From contig JAHPZE010000008.1 in the NCBI GenBank assembly GCA_019058365.1, positions 64,001-128,000 of the forward strand: 64,000 nucleotides of DNA, read 5' to 3'. Position numbers and translations under genes: made by a program. Origin of the DNA: Promethearchaeota archaeon. Its GTDB lineage: Archaea; Asgardarchaeota; Lokiarchaeia; Sigyniarchaeales; SOKP01. This document shows, in pieces, positions 9,988 to 19,364 of this stretch; the stretch's first letter is position 1; every line of letters starts with the position of its first letter. The notes below the pieces were generated by a model, which worked only from the letters and a program-made list of their open reading frames with translations, did not search any database and had not been told where the DNA came from.

Positions 9988-11424
9988 TTAAAGTAGTGTA
10001 ATCAAAACATCAAGAACATCCAAGACTTTTTTACCACTTTCAGTAATATAATATAACACATTTTTTCCTTCTTTTTTTCGAGAAATCAATCCTTTAGATT
10101 CTAATTCTTTCAAGTGCTGATATATTGCTGCTAAACTTATAGTTCCCATAATTTCTTGAATTTTAGTACCACTAATTCCCTTAATACTCGTTAATGAAAT
10201 TTGCGATAAAATTTTCAGTTTTGTAATAATAATTGATCCTTTGCCCGTTGTTTTTGTTTGAGAGGAGATAGCTTCTAACACATATGGTGCTTTTAGTCCA
10301 CTTCCTGTAATTAAGCATACAATCTTTTCATTAACTCCAAAAGTATTTTTTTGATTTAAGGTTTGCAATCCCGCTACTGTTAAAGCAGAAGCGGGCTCAG
10401 CAAAAATTCCCTCATATCGTATAAGCTTATCAATTGAATTCAAAATATTATCTTCGGGAATAGTTATAACAGTACCTTCACTCTCTCTTATGCATCTAAT
10501 AGCTAAATCTTTATAAATAGGTTTTTTTACTAATATTCCTAAAGCAAGAGATTTATCCAATCTTTTGCTTATTGGGTTAATGTTATCTTCTTTAAGAAAT
10601 TCATCTACAATGGGAGATAATATTTGAGACTGTATACCTACTAATTTTGGAATGTTATTTATGACATTAGCATCCCGAAGTTCATGAAATCCTTTCCATA
10701 AACTTACTAATAATTCTCCACTTCCCATGGGGATTAAAATCCAACTTGGATCTTCAATCTGTTTAATTATTTCATAAGCAATGGTTTTCTGGGCTTCAAG
10801 AGTAAGTGGATTTAAATCGGGAGTACCTTGATAGAAATCTGTAATATTCTCCCGTATTAACAGTTCTTCAATAGCATCATCAACAGTTTCTCCAATTACT
10901 TCTAATTCGGAGTTATAAGCGATTATTTGGGCTTTTTTACCTACATCAATTATTCTTGGAATGATATTCAAACAACCCATTCCTTCAACAGAAGTATAGG
11001 CTGCTAATGAGGCACCTTGATTACCATTTGAAGCACAGATAATCTTTTTATAATCCCAACTTCTCGCATGGGAAGTTAATAATGCCGCAGCACGATCCTT
11101 GAAAGAATTTGTAGGATTTTGAGTTTCGTCTTTAAAAAATAAACATTTTAATCCTAATTTTTCTCCAAATCTTTTTGATTTTCTACATGGGCTACCTCCT
11201 TCCCCTAATGAAACAATAAAATTATCCTCTATCTGAGGAAGTGCAAATTTATAATCCCAAAATTTATTGATAGCTTCAGCTTTAGAGAACTTCTGTTTAA
11301 AATTTTCTAAATTTACGTCAAACCATAATAATCCTTTACATTCAGGACATTTATGTTGAATAGAGGTAAATTCAAATTTTTTTTTGCATTCTATACAAGT
11401 TAGAGTTAGTGATTTTTTAATAAT
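9988..11424 (-). CDS. thrC: Threonine synthase (PLP) fused to C-terminal winged-HTH; true start upstream of the ORF-track call, probably ATT
   Basis: Frame open upstream of 10980: LTCIECKK...KCPECKGLL, SLGEGGSP, FKDETQNPTNSFKDR (PLP Lys), ASNGNQG; later PMGSG, EPASA, ITGSGLK; C-terminal AAIYQHLKELESKGLI...YYITESG wHTH; SD-like GAGGT at 11431-11435. Confidence 0.88.
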   Translation of the reverse strand: MIKKSLTLTCIECKKKFEFTSIQHKCPECKGLLWFDVNLENFKQKFSKAEAINKFWDYKFALPQIEDNFIVSLGEGGSPCRKSKRFGEKLGLKCLFFKDETQNPTNSFKDRAAALLTSHARSWDYKKIICASNGNQGASLAAYTSVEGMGCLNIIPRIIDVGKKAQIIAYNSELEVIGETVDDAIEELLIRENITDFYQGTPDLNPLTLEAQKTIAYEIIKQIEDPSWILIPMGSGELLVSLWKGFHELRDANVINNIPKLVGIQSQILSPIVDEFLKEDNINPISKRLDKSLALGILVKKPIYKDLAIRCIRESEGTVITIPEDNILNSIDKLIRYEGIFAEPASALTVAGLQTLNQKNTFGVNEKIVCLITGSGLKAPYVLEAISSQTKTTGKGSIIITKLKILSQISLTSIKGISGTKIQEIMGTISLAAIYQHLKELESKGLISRKKEGKNVLYYITESGKKVLDVLDVLITLL

Positions 11425-11640
11425 GAAATAACCTCTAAGACAAATATTAATTTTGATTTATTAATTAATTGGGTTTTTTTATTATTAATTTCTTTTGACA
11501 ACCTTTTTTCTTTTGCGAGATAATTTAATAGAGATTAATTTATATGATTATATGTAAAAATTTACGATGAATCGTAAAACTTTTTTATAATAATAAAAAA
11601 ATTAAAAAAATAATTCAAATTCTATTTGAAGTGATAATAA

Positions 11641-11955
11641 ATTCTTCTATGGATTATATTATTTAGTGTTTTAGGGAGTATTGGAGTTATAGCCTTAGCT
11701 TTTATTTTTCTTAATTTAACTAAAAATGGTATTGAATTAGCAAAAGAATTGAACCGACATAGTAGGCTTCTCGAAATTCTGTTATATAATGAATTAGGAC
11801 TCCATCCAACTAAAGCTCACAATGAAAGTAAAAAATTTAGCTTACTTTTTTCATGTGAAACAATAAATAAAATCTATGAAAAATATGGCCCTCCCGAAGA
11901 ATGCCCTTGTGGTGAAAAGATTGTAAATAGTTCAGGGTGTTTTTGTGAAAAATAA
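11641..11955 (+). CDS. Small membrane-anchored Cys-rich protein; N-terminal TM segment needs an ATT start at 11641
   Basis: In-frame LLWIILFSVLGSIGVIALAFIFL upstream of the 11749 TTG; ATT directly follows GAAGTGA-TAATAA; C-terminal CPCG...CFC. Confidence 0.6.
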   Translation: MLLWIILFSVLGSIGVIALAFIFLNLTKNGIELAKELNRHSRLLEILLYNELGLHPTKAHNESKKFSLLFSCETINKIYEKYGPPEECPCGEKIVNSSGCFCEK

Positions 11956-11975
11956 ATTTACACTAAAATAAATAA

Positions 11976-12452
11976 TTATTTAGCAATTTCATTAGAAGCA
12001 TAAGCAGTTAGAATCTTTCCATAAAAATAATGGTGACTGCTCATATTTGATTTACTCGTATGAATAATCTGACATTCATAGCTTAAGATACAATCTTTTA
12101 TTGTAGGTACTTTTGTTTTTTTTCCCGGAATGGTTTCCAATCCTGCTTGTTTGAATTTGTTAGTATTTCTACCCGAATAAGAACCCGCAATATCTACTAC
12201 CTCATAATTATTCTCTGAGGGTATATTTATAGTAAATTCATTTACTCCCTCTGTGAGTAATTGATAAGTATATCGGCTATAAGCGACCTGTGCTCTAATA
12301 ACAGGGTTACCATTTAATTCTTCAATAGTCTTCCAATCTAAAGCCATAACATTGAGGTTTCCATTTCTTTCCATTGAGACCATTAACGCTGTATTTCTCT
12401 TAAAATACTCAATATAATCATACGGTCCAATTTCTTTTCTATTATTTGACAT
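11976..12452 (-). CDS. Flavin reductase-like FMN-binding protein (flavoredoxin family)
   Basis: NVMALDW, SRYTYQL, EFTINIP, GSYSGRNTNKF, VPTIKDC..SYEC. Confidence 0.85.
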   Translation of the reverse strand: MSNNRKEIGPYDYIEYFKRNTALMVSMERNGNLNVMALDWKTIEELNGNPVIRAQVAYSRYTYQLLTEGVNEFTINIPSENNYEVVDIAGSYSGRNTNKFKQAGLETIPGKKTKVPTIKDCILSYECQIIHTSKSNMSSHHYFYGKILTAYASNEIAK

Positions 12453-12507
12453 ATTTTTATAAAATCAATTTTTAGTTTTAATAAAATTATTTGAAAAAGT
12501 TTAAAAA

Positions 12508-13335
12508 TTAAGGAAGCCCCGCACCGGGTATATCTACTTTCACATATTCTATTCGTCCGTTTATCCTTTCATGGGTTGAGGTGGCAATAAAAAGAATATC
12601 ACGATCAGATCCACCAAGCATACATGCATAAGCATCTGTTTCAACTTTTATTTTATGAGTAATTTTACCCCCTTCAATAACACGTACAACCCTATGTCTA
12701 CCTGGGGCAGCCAACCAAATCCCACCTTCACTATCTAAACAAATACCATCAGGAGCAAGTGATTTGAGGTTAGCCCATATTCGACGCTCTATAAGAGAAC
12801 CATCTTTCATAATATCAAATGCTGTAAGACGAGCAGCGAATGTTTCTCCAACAATCAGAGTATTATCATCTGGTGTAATAACAACTCCATTTGGAAAAGC
12901 TATATTATCAGCAACAACTCTGGCATCTCCATTAGAGTCTACAAGAACAATTTCTGCAGGTTTGAATGGTTTAGTATTAAAATAATCAAAACCAAAATTC
13001 CCAACATAAGCTCTTCCTTTTTTATCCACAACCATGTCATTACAATAAAATGTTGCCAGACCACTTAAATCTGCATGTTCTGTTATTCCTTCGGGATCAA
13101 GACGAAGTAAAGTACAATTTTCCATTGAAACTATTAAAAGTCTGTCATTTGGAAGCCAACCTAAACCAGAAGGACGATTCGGTATCTCTACTATTGTTTC
13201 CGTATTTCCATTAAGATCCAAAGTCATTACCTTATGGTTATCCATATCAGAAAACCATAATTTATCATTATGCCATCGCGGGCTTTCTGGAAATAACAAA
13301 CCTTCTAGAAGCACTCTTGTTTCTAAAAATACCAT
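12508..13335 (-). CDS. SMP-30/gluconolactonase/LRE family protein
   Basis: FPESPRWH, CNDMVVD, FPNGVVITPD, PDGICLD. Confidence 0.92.
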   Translation of the reverse strand: MVFLETRVLLEGLLFPESPRWHNDKLWFSDMDNHKVMTLDLNGNTETIVEIPNRPSGLGWLPNDRLLIVSMENCTLLRLDPEGITEHADLSGLATFYCNDMVVDKKGRAYVGNFGFDYFNTKPFKPAEIVLVDSNGDARVVADNIAFPNGVVITPDDNTLIVGETFAARLTAFDIMKDGSLIERRIWANLKSLAPDGICLDSEGGIWLAAPGRHRVVRVIEGGKITHKIKVETDAYACMLGGSDRDILFIATSTHERINGRIEYVKVDIPGAGLP

Positions 13336-13368
13336 GTCTTACACACTTTTTTAACTTCGAAATTTTAT

Positions 13369-13608
13369 TTATGGTTTAAATTTTTCATCATGAATGACTT
13401 TGTCTATTGCGTTTAAACATGCATCTTCCCAATCATCATCAGGATCAATACTTTCACAACATTCAGGACACCAATCATCAGAATAGCCCTCATCAAACTC
13501 ATCCGCTTCCATGTCACCATTTAGGATGGTTCCACAGTAGAAACATACACCATCATCGTATCTATCCAATATTTCTGAAATCAATTGAATTTTTTTTTTT
13601 GAATTCAT
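13369..13608 (-). CDS. Small acidic Zn-finger-like hypothetical protein
   Basis: CFYC...CPECC, Asp/Glu-rich. Confidence 0.65.
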   Translation of the reverse strand: MNSKKKIQLISEILDRYDDGVCFYCGTILNGDMEADEFDEGYSDDWCPECCESIDPDDDWEDACLNAIDKVIHDEKFKP

Positions 13609-13685
13609 TTTCTTAAAGTAAAATTTTATTAGGAAATATTATAAAATAAGAAAAAAAATAATTTAAGTGTTTATTGAATTAATCT

Positions 13686-14723
13686 CTAAATTATATATGA
13701 ATTAGCTTCTTTTAGCCTTTTTTCCGCATCTTTAACGATATCATCAATAATATATTGAACAGATTCTATCGAATTAATTATACCTATACTTTGACCTAAA
13801 AGAACTGCTCCATCATTAATATTGCCATCATAAGTTATTTCATAAAATTTCTGATCTTCTAATGCCATAGCAGGAGTTATCTGTGCTTCCATTGCTAACT
13901 TCTCTTCCTTACTTGAAACAACTCCATGGTGTAAAGAATAATTGTTTTTCCAAAGTCTTATTGGGCCTAATACCCCTGTTACATATATTGTATCACTTGC
14001 TTTCGCAGATGGCACAATGTTTTTATAATTCTTATGAAATTCACTCTCTTTTGACGCGATAAATCTTGACCCCATAGCAATTGCTCCTGCTCCCATTGTT
14101 AATGCTGAAGCTAAACCTTCTCCACTTGCAAATCCTCCACATGCTATAAACGGTAGATCTGGATACTTTCGCTTAACTTGTTGAAGAAGCACTAATGTGC
14201 TAATTTTTTCGTAAGACTGATGACCTCCACCTTCGTATCCTGTCAATACAACCCCATCAACTCCCGCGTCAATACACTTTCCAGCTAGCCATAATGCTGG
14301 AGCAACATGAAAATGTTTAATATTAGAACCACTTTCTCTTAATCTTTGAAATGATTTTGTTTTTGGTAATTGTTTAGCTGACCCTGCACTTGTTACTGCG
14401 TAAACACATTGTTCTTTTATTTTCGGATTATCCATAATAAATCTTGAAATCCCACGACAGAGTCCTGGAGCATCTAGTTGTAATCGTGATGTTCTTATAT
14501 TAAAACCAAATGGTTTATCAGTATGTTCGATTACAAACTCCATATCTTTCTTCATTTCTTCTAAACTATTTTTTCCGAATAGATTGGTATGACTTAAAAC
14601 TCCCAATCCTCCTGCTTCGGAAACAGCAACAGTTAATTCTTTAGTGTAAAATGGGCCCATAGGAGCTGCAATAATTGGATGCTTAATTCCGAGCATTTCA
14701 GTTATGTTTGTTTTTAACCCCAT
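13686..14723 (-). CDS. Nitronate monooxygenase / FabK-like FMN oxidoreductase
   Basis: PIIAAPMG, AVSEAGGLG, GYEGGGH, IACGG, AMGSRF. Confidence 0.9.
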   Translation of the reverse strand: MGLKTNITEMLGIKHPIIAAPMGPFYTKELTVAVSEAGGLGVLSHTNLFGKNSLEEMKKDMEFVIEHTDKPFGFNIRTSRLQLDAPGLCRGISRFIMDNPKIKEQCVYAVTSAGSAKQLPKTKSFQRLRESGSNIKHFHVAPALWLAGKCIDAGVDGVVLTGYEGGGHQSYEKISTLVLLQQVKRKYPDLPFIACGGFASGEGLASALTMGAGAIAMGSRFIASKESEFHKNYKNIVPSAKASDTIYVTGVLGPIRLWKNNYSLHHGVVSSKEEKLAMEAQITPAMALEDQKFYEITYDGNINDGAVLLGQSIGIINSIESVQYIIDDIVKDAEKRLKEANSYII

Positions 14724-15035
14724 TTATTTTAACAACTTTTTACTTGTTTTAATATTTATAATAAGATTATAATAGTGATAGTGAGAAATAAGAAAAGAAT
14801 ATAAATCTTTTATTACTTAAAAAACGATTAATTAGATAGTATTCTCTTTAAAGAAATGCTTTTTTATTTTTTAAAATAATTAGAATCGAGACTGTAAAGT
14901 TTTCAACATTGTTTTTCTAAATATATTTAAATATAAGTTTCTTTTTGTTTTTATAAATTAAATAATCAAAGATATTCATAAACCAGTAACTTATTGATGA
15001 AAAATTTTGAATCTCTTTTCTAGGCGATTACTGCG

Positions 15036-16037
15036 TTGGAAGGAACTGTTAATTTAAAATTGGTCTTGTTAGGAGAAGCTAGTGTAGGGAAAACTTCAAT
15101 TATTAACACATATTTAGGGAGAGAGTTTCCAGAACAATATTTACCAACAATTGGGAATGAAACTGCTAAAAAAGAGTATAATATAAAAGAAACAGAAAAA
15201 ACTATAAGCATTACGGTTTGGGATGCTGGAGGTCAACGAGCATTTAACCCTTTTAATCCAAAATTATATACCAATATTGATGGAGCTCTTTTAGTCTTCG
15301 ATCTCACAAAACCAAAAGAAACATTTATGAATTTAAAAAAAGAGTATTTAGAAAACATAAACCGTTATTCTGAAGAAATTGTTACACTTTTAGTCGGAAA
15401 TAAAATAGATTTACTATCAAGTAATAAAATGCTTATTACAACCTTAAAAGAGCTTCTGACTAAAAGAGATCATGTATATTTAGTTTCAGCTAAAACGGGT
15501 GTAGGGGTTGATCAATGTTTTGAATTATTAATCTATACTTTTTTAAGAAAATCAGAGTTACTGAATCCCGATCTCGTTCCTAGCGAAACATCTAAAGCAT
15601 TTCTTAATTTAATTGGAAAAAGTGAAGAACAGTTAAAAGATCAATTGTTAAATTTATCGAACATTGATTCAGTTTTAGAAAAGGTAAAAAAAGAACCACA
15701 AGTTAAAAAAGAAAGCATTGTTGAGAAAGAAATCAATGAATTGAAATATTATGATTTCTTGAGACAAGAATTAGAAAAAAATGAAACTCAAAAAAATGAA
15801 GTTATGGATCAGTTTTTAATTAATATTTCGGAACTAGATAAAACAATCAAACGTATTCAAAAATCGCATGCTAAATCAGTTAAAGATTTAATCGACAACT
15901 TATTAAATCTTTTAACGATCACTAAGAAAGATTTTGATGTAAGTAAAGATTTAATTTTAAAACTAAATAGAGAAGAGTTTGAATTAGTAAAAATATTATC
16001 TAAGGTTAAAGAAGAACAATCTATACAACATGAATAG
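15036..16037 (+). CDS. Rab-like small GTPase with ~150-aa coiled-coil C-terminal extension
   Basis: GEASVGKTS, PTIG, WDAGGQ, NKID, SAKTG; heptad-rich tail. Confidence 0.9.
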   Translation: MEGTVNLKLVLLGEASVGKTSIINTYLGREFPEQYLPTIGNETAKKEYNIKETEKTISITVWDAGGQRAFNPFNPKLYTNIDGALLVFDLTKPKETFMNLKKEYLENINRYSEEIVTLLVGNKIDLLSSNKMLITTLKELLTKRDHVYLVSAKTGVGVDQCFELLIYTFLRKSELLNPDLVPSETSKAFLNLIGKSEEQLKDQLLNLSNIDSVLEKVKKEPQVKKESIVEKEINELKYYDFLRQELEKNETQKNEVMDQFLINISELDKTIKRIQKSHAKSVKDLIDNLLNLLTITKKDFDVSKDLILKLNREEFELVKILSKVKEEQSIQHE

Positions 16038-16055
16038 AAGTTTTAGCTAGAAAAA

Positions 16056-17000
16056 TTGGATAATCACAATAAAAATGTAAAAATAATGAATAAAATGTCA
16101 GAAGAAATTAATGTTAAAGATTATCAGAAATTAAAGGAACAAGTTAATAAACTTGATCAGCTATTGAATGAGCAAACTAAAAAGTCTCCACAAAAAACAA
16201 GTGATCGAGTCAATAATCTTGAAAAAAAAATATTAGAACAAATAAATAATTTAAATCGAACTCTAAATGATAATATTAACAACCTCGAGAAAAAATTAAC
16301 TGAACAGAGCAATAAATTAGAACAGAGAACGAAAGTACAGTTCACACAATTGGATCTGAAAGTGGATAAGCAAGGAACTTTAACTAATAAGAAAATTGAA
16401 GATTTAGCAGATATGTTTGAAGGGGGATTAAAAGAAAAATACACTGCTCTTTATCAGAAGTTAGATGAAACCTTTAAAAAGCTGAAATTAGAAGTAGAAG
16501 AAAAATTTAATGCAGTTAATACGCAATTAAGTAAATATGTCGATAATTTTGAAAATGAAATAAAAATTCTTAAAGATAATATAAAAACACTGAACAATGA
16601 TTACTCAAATAAGTTAAATGTCTTTAAAGAAGAGTTTGATACCAAAGAGGATGTTCTGAGAGATATTTTTAAAAAATTCAATGAAGAAAATATAGAATAT
16701 CAAAACAACCTGAAACCTATATTAGAGGATCTTAAAAGCGAACAAGATTTAGTTAAAATAACTGTGGATGTACTTAAAAAACAGATATATGAAAGTGTAA
16801 AAGAGTGGATTGATGAAGAAATAAAACTAGCGTGTAAAAACAAAGAAAAAGAAATTCTCATGAATATTTGGATTGATGAAATGAAAGAGATCATTGATAA
16901 TTTAGATAAATTGAGAGAATTACATCCTAAAGAATTAAAACTTCATATTAATGAAATTTCAAGCACTATAGAATCCTTTAAACAGAAATTTATTAAATAA
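16056..17000 (+). CDS. All-helical coiled-coil protein (apolipoprotein-like repeats)
   Basis: Repeated NNLEKK..EQ.N.L units; K/E/L-rich. Confidence 0.7.
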   Translation: MDNHNKNVKIMNKMSEEINVKDYQKLKEQVNKLDQLLNEQTKKSPQKTSDRVNNLEKKILEQINNLNRTLNDNINNLEKKLTEQSNKLEQRTKVQFTQLDLKVDKQGTLTNKKIEDLADMFEGGLKEKYTALYQKLDETFKKLKLEVEEKFNAVNTQLSKYVDNFENEIKILKDNIKTLNNDYSNKLNVFKEEFDTKEDVLRDIFKKFNEENIEYQNNLKPILEDLKSEQDLVKITVDVLKKQIYESVKEWIDEEIKLACKNKEKEILMNIWIDEMKEIIDNLDKLRELHPKELKLHINEISSTIESFKQKFIK

Positions 17001-17067
17001 TTTTTATTTGATAATTTCTTTTACAGAAAATCTTTTTTTAAAAATAATTTAATTAGATAAAAGTCCA

Positions 17068-18039
17068 ATGGTAAGAATGTGTCCAGATATTATTTCTCTT
17101 GGTGAATTATTAGTAGAAATCATGCGTGAAGAAAAAGATACTCCGCATGGAAAACTTGGTGCGATATATAGGGGACCATTCCCTAGTGGGGCTCCAGCAA
17201 TATATATTGATACAGCAGCTCGTATGGGAAAGAATTTCAAATTTACAGCGGGATTTATTGGAACAATAGGAAATGATGAATTTGGGTCATGCATAATTCA
17301 AAAATTTAAGACTGATGAAATTGATATTTCCCAAATAAGAATCAGTGAAGATTTCACAACTGGAATAGCATTTAATCAATATAATTCTGATGGCTCTCGC
17401 AAATTTATTTTTGCTAAAGGTGCTGCTGGTGAAACCTCTCCAGATGATATTAAAGCAGAATTCTTCAAGAACATAAAAAATCTTCATATTATGGGAAGTG
17501 CCCTTTCCATAAGTTATAACTCTCGAGATGCATGTTATAAAGCAATTAAAATTGCAAAAGAATCTAATCCAGATGTCATTATCACATTTGATCCAAATCT
17601 TAGACCAGAAATGTTAGGGATCGAAAATATTTTAGAAATAAGTAAACCAGTGTTAGAAACTACTCAAATTTTACTCCCAAGTGGAGAAGAAGCTGAGATG
17701 TTAGCTGGAGTAAATGGATCAAAAAAAGCATGTCAAAAACTACTTGAAATGGGACCAGAAATTATCGTGTTAAAACAAGGAAAAGAAGGGTGTACTATTT
17801 TTACTTCTGATGAAAGTAATGGTAAAAAAGTAAAAGGATTTAAAGTAGATGAAAGAGATCCCACTGGAGCAGGAGATTCTTTTGGAGGGGCTTTTATCAT
17901 TGGATACTTAGCAGGTTGGGATATGGAAAAAATCGCAACTTTTGCAAATGCAGTAGGAGCCCTTAAAGTAGAATCTTTTGGTCCTATGGCTAATACTTCA
18001 TACGAAAATGTTATTAAATTCATGAAAAAGATTGATTGA
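17068..18039 (+). CDS. PfkB-family carbohydrate kinase
   Basis: SGAPA, IGNDEFG, FDPNLRP, DPTGAGDSFGG. Confidence 0.93.
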   Translation: MVRMCPDIISLGELLVEIMREEKDTPHGKLGAIYRGPFPSGAPAIYIDTAARMGKNFKFTAGFIGTIGNDEFGSCIIQKFKTDEIDISQIRISEDFTTGIAFNQYNSDGSRKFIFAKGAAGETSPDDIKAEFFKNIKNLHIMGSALSISYNSRDACYKAIKIAKESNPDVIITFDPNLRPEMLGIENILEISKPVLETTQILLPSGEEAEMLAGVNGSKKACQKLLEMGPEIIVLKQGKEGCTIFTSDESNGKKVKGFKVDERDPTGAGDSFGGAFIIGYLAGWDMEKIATFANAVGALKVESFGPMANTSYENVIKFMKKID

Positions 18040-18971
18040 TAAATATGTCAATTAGTTCTGCTAAATCAATTCAAGAGAGAACGTTAGATTTTTGTAAAAC
18101 AATAGGAAATTGGCAAATCAATACCACATTTTTCGACCAAATTAATGTTCTACTTAATAAAGAGTATGATATGATTCCAGAGAAAGAACGAATTGGCAAG
18201 GGAATTAAATTTATATCTAACCATGTCGCTAAAGGTGTGTTTCAAAACTTAATTAATAAGAAAAGAACCAACATAGGATTTATTATTGAGCTTGTAGAGA
18301 ATATATTTGATTATGGAGAAAATATAGATAGTAATATACTCCAGCTTTATGCTCTCCATATTATTGCAGAATTTATAACATCATTTCCTGAAGAATTTGA
18401 AAAAATGATACCATTAATAGAAGTATACGCATGTCATAGAAATTGGATAGTTAGAGAGACAATTGTGGATGCAATTTTAGTAGGTTTAAAAAAAACTCCA
18501 AACAAAACCCTTGAATTATTATCCAATTGGGCTGAAAGTAGCAATGAAAATCTCAGAAGACTTGTTTCAGAAAGCCTTAGACCTCACGTGTCCGTAAAAT
18601 GGCTTAGAGATCCTACAAAAAATGATAAAATTATAGAACTTCTCACAATTTTAAGAAAAGATCCTTCTATTTATGTAAGAAAATCAGTAGGGAATAATCT
18701 TAAAGATCTATCAAAATATATGCCCGAGAAGATCTTGGGTTTAATGGAATCCTGGATTAATAAAGCACAAATCAAAGTTCATGCTGAAATTTCTACTGAA
18801 ATTGGGCTAAGCATAGAAAAAAAAAGATTAATTTGGACTGTGAAGCATGCAATGAGATGGTTGAAAAATAAAAATCCCGAATTCCACCCTTTTCTTGAAA
18901 AAATTTTAGGAAAAAACTATGTACTATATTTTGATGAAAAGCGAAATAGGTTAGCAAAACCTATAAATTAA
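18036..18971 (+). CDS. HEAT-repeat DNA alkylation repair (AlkD-like) protein
   Basis: WAESSNENLRRLVSESLRP, LRKDPSIYVRKSVGNNLKDLSK, WTVKHAMRWL. Confidence 0.75.
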   Translation: MINMSISSAKSIQERTLDFCKTIGNWQINTTFFDQINVLLNKEYDMIPEKERIGKGIKFISNHVAKGVFQNLINKKRTNIGFIIELVENIFDYGENIDSNILQLYALHIIAEFITSFPEEFEKMIPLIEVYACHRNWIVRETIVDAILVGLKKTPNKTLELLSNWAESSNENLRRLVSESLRPHVSVKWLRDPTKNDKIIELLTILRKDPSIYVRKSVGNNLKDLSKYMPEKILGLMESWINKAQIKVHAEISTEIGLSIEKKRLIWTVKHAMRWLKNKNPEFHPFLEKILGKNYVLYFDEKRNRLAKPIN

Positions 18972-18984
18972 AATGAAATTAAGC

Positions 18985-19068
18985 GGGGTTAGTGTGCCTG
19001 TTCAAATGCGAATCATAGATAAAGTATTACCGATATCATTCAATCCGGTCAAAAGACACATAAACCCC
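18985..19068 (-). ncRNA. Candidate structured small RNA
   Basis: GC-rich 84-nt intergenic island closed by GGGGUU/AACCCC and UGUGUCU/AGGCACA stems (G-U pair works only on the minus strand); inner ACCG/CGGU hairpin with UGA motifs. Confidence 0.4.
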
Positions 19069-19364
19069 ATAAATATTTGTTTCTCGATTTAGAATAATCC
19101 AATTTACTACTTAAAACATAATCATATATAAATTTATTCATTAATTTTATCCTATTGCCTAAATATAGACAAGAAAAAATCAACATTTAAATATCTGAAT
19201 AAGTATTTTAACATAAGAAACTTATTAGATGTGTATATCTATAATGATCGATTATTTAAATCGAGATATATTTTACCAAAAATTTTGCATTTGCAAAAAC
19301 TAATTAAATTTACATATTCTAATTCTATATGAGGTATTAATTATCATAATCCAACAATTATAAA

